Source: an uncultured Alphaproteobacteria bacterium (GTDB lineage: Bacteria; Pseudomonadota; Alphaproteobacteria; HIMB59; GCA-002718135). Taken from it: a DNA stretch of 64,000 nt. Below are positions 55,223 to 64,000 of the stretch, piece by piece. Each line of letters starts with the position of its first letter. The stretch's first letter is position 1. A model generated the notes under the pieces. It searched no databases and was not told where the DNA came from. It worked only from the letters and a program-made list of their open reading frames with translations. The translations under genes were made by a program, and so were the position numbers. The stretch is taken from assembly GCA_902597015.1 (NCBI GenBank), contig CACJWQ010000001.1, forward strand, positions 4,520 to 68,519, read 5' to 3'.

Positions 55223-56427
55223 TAGTTAAAAAGATCTAAAAGTGATTTAGCTTTAATATAATTTTCATTATATTCTTTTTTTGCGGTACTTCCTAAGATC
55301 ACACCACTAGCAACTGATAATTCAATATCATTTTTAAAATTAAGTAGTGTTCTAATCATTATGTTAAATCGCATATCACCATTTGAATGTATAATTCCAA
55401 AACTGCCTGTATAAATATTTCTGTTAAATTTTTCTTTTCTATTTAGAAGTTGAATGGTACTAATTTTTGGACAACCAATGACTGAACCACCTGGCATTAA
55501 AGAAGAAATTATATCATGGTTACTCATTTTATTTTTTATAACTCCCTTGATTGTCGTAACGTAATGAAAAAGATCTCGATATTCCTCAACCTTTTTTAGT
55601 TTATCTATTTTGACAGATCCTGTTTTACAAATTTTAGACAGATCATTTCTTTCCATATCAACAATCATATTATGTTCTTTTGTTTCTTTTTCATTTCTGC
55701 TAAAGAATGTGAGAGCTTTATTTTTATTTAAATTTTTTGTTTTTCTTAATGTTCCAGCAATAGGTTTGGTTCTAATTGTGTTATCTTTTTTCAATATGAG
55801 TGTCTCTGGTGAACAACTTACAATATTATAGTCTTTTTCCCTTATAAGAAAACTTTCAGGTGATTCATTCATTTTCATTAACTTCCAAAAAAGATCAATA
55901 GAATTGATATTGCCTTTTTTCGAATATGTTTGAGCTATTTTAATTTGATAAGTTTTTCCCTGTTTAATATTTTTAGAGAAATCATTAAATATTTTAGAGT
56001 ACTGCTTTAAAGATAAATTGAGATTAAACTTTTTATTTAACTGTAAATATTTTTTTGTATTTGTACTTATATTTCTAAAATTGGGTTTAATACTTTTGAT
56101 TATTATTTTTTTACCAATACTAATTTTGGTTTGTGGCTTGTAAAATACACCGCTATGAAAATTTTTAGATCGCTGTTTTGGAAACTTTATTCCTATATTT
56201 TCACAAAGAAGTTTATAACCAAAGAAACCAACATAACAATTCAATTCTTCAATCTTAGATTTTTTTAATTTTGATTGGATATTAAGAAAATATTTTAGAT
56301 TTTTTTTATTAATAATAATTCTTCTAGAAAAATCAGTATAGATGTCATAACCCTTATCAGTTTTATAAATTATAAGAGGTTTATCTGATTGATATAGTCT
56401 ATTTAGATATTCTTTATTGTTCAGCAC
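55222..56427 (-). CDS. pabB: Aminodeoxychorismate synthase component I (chorismate-binding)
   Basis: Motifs SCSPETL, TKPIAGT, KEHNMIVDMERNDLSKI and PGGSVIGCPK are present. Confidence 0.75.
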   Translation of the reverse strand: MLNNKEYLNRLYQSDKPLIIYKTDKGYDIYTDFSRRIIINKKNLKYFLNIQSKLKKSKIEELNCYVGFFGYKLLCENIGIKFPKQRSKNFHSGVFYKPQTKISIGKKIIIKSIKPNFRNISTNTKKYLQLNKKFNLNLSLKQYSKIFNDFSKNIKQGKTYQIKIAQTYSKKGNINSIDLFWKLMKMNESPESFLIREKDYNIVSCSPETLILKKDNTIRTKPIAGTLRKTKNLNKNKALTFFSRNEKETKEHNMIVDMERNDLSKICKTGSVKIDKLKKVEEYRDLFHYVTTIKGVIKNKMSNHDIISSLMPGGSVIGCPKISTIQLLNRKEKFNRNIYTGSFGIIHSNGDMRFNIMIRTLLNFKNDIELSVASGVILGSTAKKEYNENYIKAKSLLDLFN

Positions 56428-56455
56428 TTGATTCTATTATAATTAGGATACTTAT

Positions 56456-56878
56456 ATGAAAAGTTTTTTTACTAAAATATTCTTTTTTGGCTTAACAGTC
56501 ACATGGTCTTTAGGTCTTTTTGCACATGGAACTATCATTTTTCCAAATGTAGAACATGGTGATGGCTACATTGATGTTAAGATATATGACTCAAAAGATA
56601 GCTTTTTGGATGAAGAATTAGCAATTGAGAGCGTTAGAAAAAGAGTTCAAAAGGGTGAGGTTGTCGTTCCTTTGAGTAAAATACATGAAGGAAAGATAGC
56701 AATAGTTGCCTATCACGATGAAGATTCAGATGGAAAATTAAAGACTGGATTATTCTGGAGACCAAAAGAAGGTTTTGCCTTTAGTAATAATTATCAACCA
56801 AAAGGTCCTCCATCATTTGAAAAAGCCGCAATCATTTTAGTTCATGGCGAACCCGTGGTAATAGAACTTAATTATTAA
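56456..56878 (+). CDS. DUF2141-family exported protein
   Basis: Signal peptide present. AYHDEDSDGKLKTGLFWRPKEGFAFSNN is the DUF2141 hallmark. Confidence 0.7.
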   Translation: MKSFFTKIFFFGLTVTWSLGLFAHGTIIFPNVEHGDGYIDVKIYDSKDSFLDEELAIESVRKRVQKGEVVVPLSKIHEGKIAIVAYHDEDSDGKLKTGLFWRPKEGFAFSNNYQPKGPPSFEKAAIILVHGEPVVIELNY

Positions 56879-56889
56879 AAATTATATTG

Positions 56890-58272
56890 ATGTCATTACA
56901 GTTACAAAACACATTAAGTGGTAAAAAAGAATTTTTTAAACCAGTTAATCCAGATCATGTAAGAATATATGCTTGCGGTCCAACTGTTTACAATTTTGCG
57001 CACATAGGTAATGCGCGTATGGCAGTTGTAAATGATTTATTAGTCCGTGTATTAAAAACACAATTTAAACAAGTGACCTATGTATCTAATATTACTGATA
57101 TTGATGACAAGATAATAGAAGCTTCTAAAGAAACAGGTGAGGACATTAGTGTTATCACAAATAAATATACAGAGATTTACAATAATGACATGAGTGCACT
57201 CGGTGTTAATCTTCCTGATATTCAACCAAGGGCAACTGATCATATTAAAGAAATGATCGAGTTGATAAAAAAATTAATTGATGAAAATAAAGCTTATGAA
57301 AAAGAGGGTCATGTTTTATTTCATGTGCCAAGTTTTGATAATTATGGAATTCTTTCAAAAAGAAATAGAGATGAACAAATAGCTGGAAGCCGTGTTGAAG
57401 TAGCGCCGTTCAAAAAAGATCCAGCAGATTTTATTTTATGGAAACCATCTCCCTCACCCTTACCAGGTTGGGAATCACCTTGGGGATTTGGAAGACCAGG
57501 ATGGCATTTAGAGTGCTCAGTTATGTCAGAAAAATCATTAGGTCTTCCTTTTGATATCCATAGCGGTGGTATTGACTTGGTGTTTCCGCATCATGAAAAT
57601 GAAATAGCACAAACTTGTTCTATATCTGAAAATAAAGATCCTAAAGATTTTGCAACTTATTGGTTTCATAATGGATTTGTTAATGTTGAGGGAGAAAAAA
57701 TGTCAAAGTCAATTGGCAATATTAGACTCGTTCATGATCTCAATAAAAAATACAAGGGAGAGGTTTTGCGATTAACATTGTTGTCAGCTCATTACAAACA
57801 GCCATTGAACTGGACAGAAGAAATCATTGAACAAAATAGCAAAATGATAGATCGACTTTATAGAGTTCTATTAGAGCTGTCAGAAGTTGAAATAGATTCT
57901 AACTTACCTTCTGATTCTATAATGGAATCATTTTTAGATGATTTGAATACACCTAAAGTCATTGCAAAACTTAATGAGGAAGCAAATGATGCTTCATCTG
58001 CATCTGATGAAAGAAAAAAAGAAATCAAAAAAAATCTTCTTTCTGCCGGTAAAATATTAGGTATTCTTGAAGATGATCCAGGAAATTGGTTAGGTTATAA
58101 TCAAAAAGATACTGAAAATGCTAAAGAAATTGAAAGGTTGATAAATGAACGTAATGAAGCTAGACGCAATAAAAATTTTAATTTGGCAGATACTATTAGG
58201 GACACATTAAAAGATAAAGGTATAGAAATAGAAGATACTGATAAAGGAACGATTTGGCGGAAATCTAGATGA
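56890..58272 (+). CDS. cysS: Cysteine--tRNA ligase
   Basis: Contains [15 protein letters not shown] (HIGH region) and KMSKS. I preferred the ATG at 56890 to the TTG at 56887. Confidence 0.9.
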   Translation: MSLQLQNTLSGKKEFFKPVNPDHVRIYACGPTVYNFAHIGNARMAVVNDLLVRVLKTQFKQVTYVSNITDIDDKIIEASKETGEDISVITNKYTEIYNNDMSALGVNLPDIQPRATDHIKEMIELIKKLIDENKAYEKEGHVLFHVPSFDNYGILSKRNRDEQIAGSRVEVAPFKKDPADFILWKPSPSPLPGWESPWGFGRPGWHLECSVMSEKSLGLPFDIHSGGIDLVFPHHENEIAQTCSISENKDPKDFATYWFHNGFVNVEGEKMSKSIGNIRLVHDLNKKYKGEVLRLTLLSAHYKQPLNWTEEIIEQNSKMIDRLYRVLLELSEVEIDSNLPSDSIMESFLDDLNTPKVIAKLNEEANDASSASDERKKEIKKNLLSAGKILGILEDDPGNWLGYNQKDTENAKEIERLINERNEARRNKNFNLADTIRDTLKDKGIEIEDTDKGTIWRKSR

Positions 58273-60194
58273 GTGAAAAGATAATAATTACATTTCCAGA
58301 TGGAAATAAAAAGGAAGTTGATAAAGGCATCAATGGTCTTGAATTGGCATCGCAAATTTCTAAATCTCTTGCCAAAGAATCAGTTGCTATAAAAATTAAT
58401 AATGAGATAAAAGATATTAGTTTACCTATTAATGGTAATGCATCTGTAGCGATTTTAAAAAGAGATAGCGAGGAAGCACTTGAATTAATACGACATGATT
58501 GTGCTCATGTAATGGCAGAAGCTGTCCAGGAATTATTCCCTGGAACACAAGTTACAATTGGTCCAGCAATTGAAAATGGTTTTTATTATGATTTTGCAAG
58601 AGATGAACCTTTTACTGTTGCAGATCTTCCAAAAATTGAAAAGAAGATGCACGATATCATTCAAAGAAATAAAAATTTCATAAGAGAAGTGTGGTCTAAA
58701 GAGGAAACAATAAAATATTTTAAAGACAAAGGTGAAGACTATAAAGTTGAACTAATTGATGATCTGCCTGATAATGAGGAAATTAGTATTTACAAACAAG
58801 GTGATTGGTTAGACTTGTGCCGAGGCCCTCATATGGTTTCAACAAAACAAATTGGTAAAGCATTTAAATTAATGAAAGTTGCTGGCGCTTACTGGCGAGG
58901 TGACTCATCTAATACAATGCTAACAAGAATTTATGGAACGGCCTGGGCAACAGAAAAGGATCTTGAACAACACCTTTTACAAATTGAAGAAGCAGAAAAA
59001 AGAGATCACCGAAAACTAGGAAGAGAAATGGATTTATTTCATTTTCAGGAAGAGGCTCCTGGAGCGGTGTTTTGGCATCCTAAGGGTTGGACATTATTCC
59101 AATCGCTAATAAATTATATGCGAAACAGACAAGACAAGGCAGGTTACGTAGAAACTAATACGCCAGACATGATGGATAAGTCTCTATGGGAAACGTCTGG
59201 TCACTGGGACAAATTTAGTGACATGATGTTTAGAACTGAAGCAAAAGACGATAAAATTTATGCTATCAAACCAATGAATTGCCCTGGTGCTGTAGAAATT
59301 TTTAAACAAGGATTAAAAAGTTATAGAGACTTACCGTTTCTATTATCTGAATTTGGAAAAGTACATCGTTATGAACCATCAGGTGCTCTTCATGGATTAA
59401 TGAGGGTTAGAGCATTCACGCAAGATGATGCACATATATTTTGTACAGAAGATCAAATTACACAAGAGAGTAAAACGGTATGTGATTTGATACTTAGTAT
59501 CTATAAGGACTTTGGTTTCGATAATGTTAGAATTAAATTTTCTGACCGTCCTGAAAAACGCGTAGGGGATGATGCTATTTGGGATAAAGCTGAGGCTGCA
59601 TTAATGCAAGCCATGGAAGCAACAGGTCTTGAGTATACACTCAACCCAGGAGAAGGTGCATTTTACGGTCCAAAATTAGAGTTTGTTTTACGTGATGCAA
59701 TTGGCAGAGACTGGCAATGCGGAACACTGCAAGTAGATTTAAATTTACCTGGAAGATTGGGAGCCACTTATATTGGAGAAGATGGTAATAAAAAAATACC
59801 AGTCATGTTGCATAGAGCTCTATTTGGTTCCTTAGAGAGATTCACTGGCATTCTAATTGAACATTATGCAGGCCATCTTCCGTTTTGGCTTTCACCATTG
59901 CAAGCTGTAATTGCTACAATTACATCTGATACAGATGAGTATGCTTATGAGGTACAAAAGGCATTAGTATCAAAAGGAATTAGGGCCGAAATAGACACAC
60001 GTAATGAAAAAATTGGTTATAAAATACGTGAACACAGTAATTGTAAAGTGCCAGCAATTATTGCTGTTGGAAAAAAAGAGGCTGAAGATAAAACAGTATC
60101 TGTTAGAAGAATTGGATCCTCTGAAACAAAGACCTTTAAATTAGAAGATATTGTTACTAGCTTATCTAAAGAAGCAAAATCACCAATAGAATAA
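58269..60194 (+). CDS. thrS: Threonine--tRNA ligase
   Basis: 641 aa with a TGS domain N-terminus and class-II core motifs (FRTEAKDD..., [11 protein letters not shown]). Confidence 0.9.
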   Translation: MSEKIIITFPDGNKKEVDKGINGLELASQISKSLAKESVAIKINNEIKDISLPINGNASVAILKRDSEEALELIRHDCAHVMAEAVQELFPGTQVTIGPAIENGFYYDFARDEPFTVADLPKIEKKMHDIIQRNKNFIREVWSKEETIKYFKDKGEDYKVELIDDLPDNEEISIYKQGDWLDLCRGPHMVSTKQIGKAFKLMKVAGAYWRGDSSNTMLTRIYGTAWATEKDLEQHLLQIEEAEKRDHRKLGREMDLFHFQEEAPGAVFWHPKGWTLFQSLINYMRNRQDKAGYVETNTPDMMDKSLWETSGHWDKFSDMMFRTEAKDDKIYAIKPMNCPGAVEIFKQGLKSYRDLPFLLSEFGKVHRYEPSGALHGLMRVRAFTQDDAHIFCTEDQITQESKTVCDLILSIYKDFGFDNVRIKFSDRPEKRVGDDAIWDKAEAALMQAMEATGLEYTLNPGEGAFYGPKLEFVLRDAIGRDWQCGTLQVDLNLPGRLGATYIGEDGNKKIPVMLHRALFGSLERFTGILIEHYAGHLPFWLSPLQAVIATITSDTDEYAYEVQKALVSKGIRAEIDTRNEKIGYKIREHSNCKVPAIIAVGKKEAEDKTVSVRRIGSSETKTFKLEDIVTSLSKEAKSPIE

Positions 60195-60197
60195 AAA

Positions 60198-61199
60198 ATG
60201 ATTAACATGCAAGGCAAGTTTCCAAGTACAAGACTTAGACGTAATAGAATGAAAGAATTTTCTCGTCGTTTAGTTGCTGAAAATACACTTAGTGTTAATG
60301 ATTTAATCTTGCCTCTATTTGTATGCGAGGGAAACAAGGTTGATGATCCTATTAATTCGATGCCTGGTGTAAGCAGATACTCTATTGATAAACTTTTAAG
60401 TGAAGTAGAAAAAGCTGTTAAATTTAATATTCCTGCTATTGCAATTTTTCCGCAAATTGAAAGTGGCCTTAAAAATTCTGAAGGAAGTTTAGCTGTAGAT
60501 GAAAACAATTTGGTATGCAGATCAATTAAAAGTATCAAAAAAGATTTTCCAAATATTGGTATTGTATGTGATGTTGCGTTAGATCCTTTTACGGACCATG
60601 GGCATGATGGTTTAGTTATAAATGATAAAATAGATAATGATAAAACTTTGGAGGTTTTGGAACAACAGGCTCTAGTCCAAGCGAATGCTGGTTGTGATGT
60701 AATCGCCCCGTCGGATATGATGGATGGAAGGGTGGGAAGAATAAGAACTGTATTAGATTCAAACAATTTAGCAGATACCCTTATTCTCTCTTATGCTGCA
60801 AAATATGCTTCGGGTTTTTATGGACCTTTTAGAGATGCTATAGGTTCTGGTTCTAATTTGGGTAAAGATGGTAAATTAACATATCAAATGGATCCATCAA
60901 ACAGTGATGAAGCGATTAGAGAAGTTGGATTAGATATAAGTGAAGGTGCAGATATGGTAATGGTTAAACCTGGTATGCCTTATCTTGATATTATTTCTAG
61001 AATAAAATCAGAATTTAAAGTTCCAACTTTTGCCTACCAAGTATCCGGTGAATATTCGATGATAAAAGAGTCAATTAATAAAGGTTGGCTTAATGAAAAA
61101 GTTGTAATGGAATCTCTTTTATCTTTTAAAAGAGCTGGGGCAAATGGTATACTGACTTACTTTGCATTAGAAGCTGCTGAAAAATTAAAAAATGGATAA
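60198..61199 (+). CDS. hemB: Porphobilinogen synthase (delta-aminolevulinate dehydratase)
   Basis: N-terminal RLRRNRM, plus [24 protein letters not shown] and [10 protein letters not shown]. Confidence 0.9.
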   Translation: MINMQGKFPSTRLRRNRMKEFSRRLVAENTLSVNDLILPLFVCEGNKVDDPINSMPGVSRYSIDKLLSEVEKAVKFNIPAIAIFPQIESGLKNSEGSLAVDENNLVCRSIKSIKKDFPNIGIVCDVALDPFTDHGHDGLVINDKIDNDKTLEVLEQQALVQANAGCDVIAPSDMMDGRVGRIRTVLDSNNLADTLILSYAAKYASGFYGPFRDAIGSGSNLGKDGKLTYQMDPSNSDEAIREVGLDISEGADMVMVKPGMPYLDIISRIKSEFKVPTFAYQVSGEYSMIKESINKGWLNEKVVMESLLSFKRAGANGILTYFALEAAEKLKNG

Positions 61200-61665
61200 C
61201 ATTCAATTTGAAAAAAGAAAATCTATAGAACAAGTTGAAGAGTCAAATGAACTGGCTCCAAAATTTGATTCAAATGGTCTAATACCAGTTGTAACAACAG
61301 ATTTTTCATCTGGTGAACTACTTATGCAAGGTTATATGAATGAAGAAGCTTTTAAAAAAACTATAAGTTTGGGCGAAGCTGTTTATTTTTCCAGAAGTAG
61401 AAATACACTTTGGCATAAGGGTAAAACAAGTGGATTAACGCAGAAGATAAAAGAAATAAGAATTGATGATGATCAAGATTGTGTTTGGTTAAGGGTTGAT
61501 GTCAAAGGTGGTGCTAGCTGTCATGTAGGATATAGATCATGTTTTTATAGAAGTATTCCTTTGGATAATACTAGCTCTAAAGTTGTTCTTAAATTTGAAG
61601 AGAAAGAAAAGGTTTTTGATCCTGAAGAAGTATATAAAGGTGCCCCAAATCCTACTAAACTATAA
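61192..61665 (+). CDS. hisI: Phosphoribosyl-AMP cyclohydrolase (monofunctional)
   Basis: Motifs [39 protein letters not shown] and [12 protein letters not shown] are present. Confidence 0.85.
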   Translation: MDNIQFEKRKSIEQVEESNELAPKFDSNGLIPVVTTDFSSGELLMQGYMNEEAFKKTISLGEAVYFSRSRNTLWHKGKTSGLTQKIKEIRIDDDQDCVWLRVDVKGGASCHVGYRSCFYRSIPLDNTSSKVVLKFEEKEKVFDPEEVYKGAPNPTKL

Positions 61666-62255
61666 TGTCAGACAAATTAAAGTTTATTGAAACTAGCAAA
61701 CTTCCTACAGACATGGGGGAGTTCACAGTACATGCCTTTACAGATGAAAATGAATCAAAAGATCATTTAGCAATATGTATGGGTGACTTGCTTACTGATG
61801 AGCCAGTTTTATCAAGAATTCATTCGCAATGTATTACAGGGGAATCTTTTTTTAGTATGAGATGTGATTGTAGATTCCAACTAACTGAATCATTAAAACA
61901 AATTGCTCAGATTGGAAGAGGGGTTATTTTTTATCTCCAACAAGAAGGGAGGGGCATTGGTCTTTCAAATAAAATTAAAGCATATAGTTTACAAGATAAG
62001 GGACTAGATACTGTTGAGGCTAATCATCAACTAGGTTTCAAAGATGATGAAAGAACATATGAAAATATTGCTGGAATGATAAAATATTTAGCAATCAAAG
62101 AATTAGATTTGATGACCAATAATCCAAAAAAAATAAAAGCGCTTGAAGATATGGGTATCAAAGTAAATCAAAGAATTCCTATTTTCTCAGACACCAATAA
62201 ATATAATGAAAAATATATCTCTACTAAGAAAAGTAAACTTGGTCATTTAATTTAA
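61665..62255 (+). CDS. ribA: GTP cyclohydrolase II (stand-alone)
   Basis: Motifs RIHSQCITGESFFSMRCDCRFQL, QEGRGIGLSNK and MTNNPKK are present. It has a TAATG 1-nt overlap with hisI. Confidence 0.85.
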   Translation: MSDKLKFIETSKLPTDMGEFTVHAFTDENESKDHLAICMGDLLTDEPVLSRIHSQCITGESFFSMRCDCRFQLTESLKQIAQIGRGVIFYLQQEGRGIGLSNKIKAYSLQDKGLDTVEANHQLGFKDDERTYENIAGMIKYLAIKELDLMTNNPKKIKALEDMGIKVNQRIPIFSDTNKYNEKYISTKKSKLGHLI

Positions 62256-62660
62256 GTGAAAGCAGATAATTTAATTAAAAAACTCAATATGATTAGTCAT
62301 CCTGAAGGAGGACATTATGTTGAAAATTTTAAGAACAACAATGTTAGTCAAATTTATTACCTATTAAAAAGGAATGAAAAATCACATTGGCATCGATTAA
62401 CTAAAAATGAAATATTACATTTTTATTCAGGAGATCCTCTAGAAGTTTTCACATCGAATGACGGAGTTAATTATGAAGTTTTTTCTTTAGGGTCAGACCA
62501 TAATTATATTTACACCGTAACAGCAAACACATGGTTCGCTATGAGATCTTCTGGTGCTTTCAGTTTAATTGGATGCACTGTCGCACCTGCTTTTGATTTT
62601 GATGATTTTGAACTTGCACCTGCGACGTGGCGACCTGAAAATTTCAAAATTGAGTTATAG
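62256..62660 (+). CDS. Cupin-fold protein (DUF985-like)
   Basis: 134 aa with a GTG start. Contains HPEGGHY...SHWHRL...EILHFYSGDPLEV (cupin motifs). Confidence 0.6.
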   Translation: MKADNLIKKLNMISHPEGGHYVENFKNNNVSQIYYLLKRNEKSHWHRLTKNEILHFYSGDPLEVFTSNDGVNYEVFSLGSDHNYIYTVTANTWFAMRSSGAFSLIGCTVAPAFDFDDFELAPATWRPENFKIEL

Positions 62661-62720
62661 TTTTCACTTTTCTTTAATTTAAATTCTTTATATATTAGTA
62701 TTAAATAACGGAGGTTCTAA

Positions 62721-64000
<1,280 letters not shown>

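Noticed and set aside
56887-56889. TTG start for cysS
   Set aside because: An in-frame ATG follows immediately at 56890. The difference is one codon, and ATG is the more likely start.
60017-60766. 249-aa minus-strand ORF, the longest unexplained ORF in the track
   Set aside because: It is entirely antisense to the 3' end of thrS and the 5' part of hemB, both of which have unambiguous conserved motifs. Its translation is low-complexity S/L/I-rich with no recognisable domain. This is a typical shadow ORF.

Overview
AT-rich, very gene-dense bacterial chromosome segment. Most spacers are under 100 bp, and many genes overlap by 1-30 nt, including convergent genes with overlapping 3' ends. The protein set and regulatory motifs point to a streamlined marine alphaproteobacterium of the SAR11/Pelagibacterales type; this taxonomic call is inference. 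The supporting motifs are two Irr/ICE-like boxes, a sigma-32-type promoter with a ROSE-like leader on an Hsp20 gene, and a plcP-agt lipid-remodelling pair.

Layout:
- (i) 1-1340: murJ fragment.
- (ii) ~1.5-27.5 kb: a phosphorus-stress island. It holds a divergent PiT-like protein, plcP-agt, DUF47-PiT, a Cys-phosphatase, a PhnZ-like HD protein with phnW and a cupin, and a tandem-GDPD gene with a Ugp-like ABC importer. It also holds a GpdQ/CpdA-like phosphodiesterase, an unassigned MetE-like/Fe-ADH/MTase-like operon, and a second CUT1 ABC importer flanking phnY-phnA.
- (iii) 27.5-38 kb: transporters, small Zn-ribbon proteins, msrPQ, a family-5 binding protein, adenosine kinase/deaminase and an M48 peptidase.
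- (iv) 37.4-45.2 kb: an Fe3+ ABC system (fbpCBA) with unusual accessory genes, plus a 413-bp spacer carrying two ICE-like boxes and two long hairpins.
- (v) 45.3-49 kb: Hsp20, an O-methyltransferase and nucleoside catabolism genes (deoA, PNP, cdd).
- (vi) 49-51.6 kb: a DUF1501/DUF1800 pair.
- (vii) 51.7-56.4 kb: a markedly lower-GC folate/pABA block (trpF-like, folK, folB, folP, pabC, pabA, pabB).
- (viii) 56.4-64 kb: DUF2141, cysS, thrS, hemB, hisI, ribA, a cupin and the 5' part of katG.

I found no rRNA, tRNA, CRISPR array, transposase or phage genes. The most interesting candidates are the unassigned three-gene module inside the phosphonate island, the hydroxylase-less PhnZ-like/phnW/cupin trio, the Irr-box/hairpin spacer with its iron-cluster accessory genes, and the trpF-like gene embedded in a folE-less folate block.
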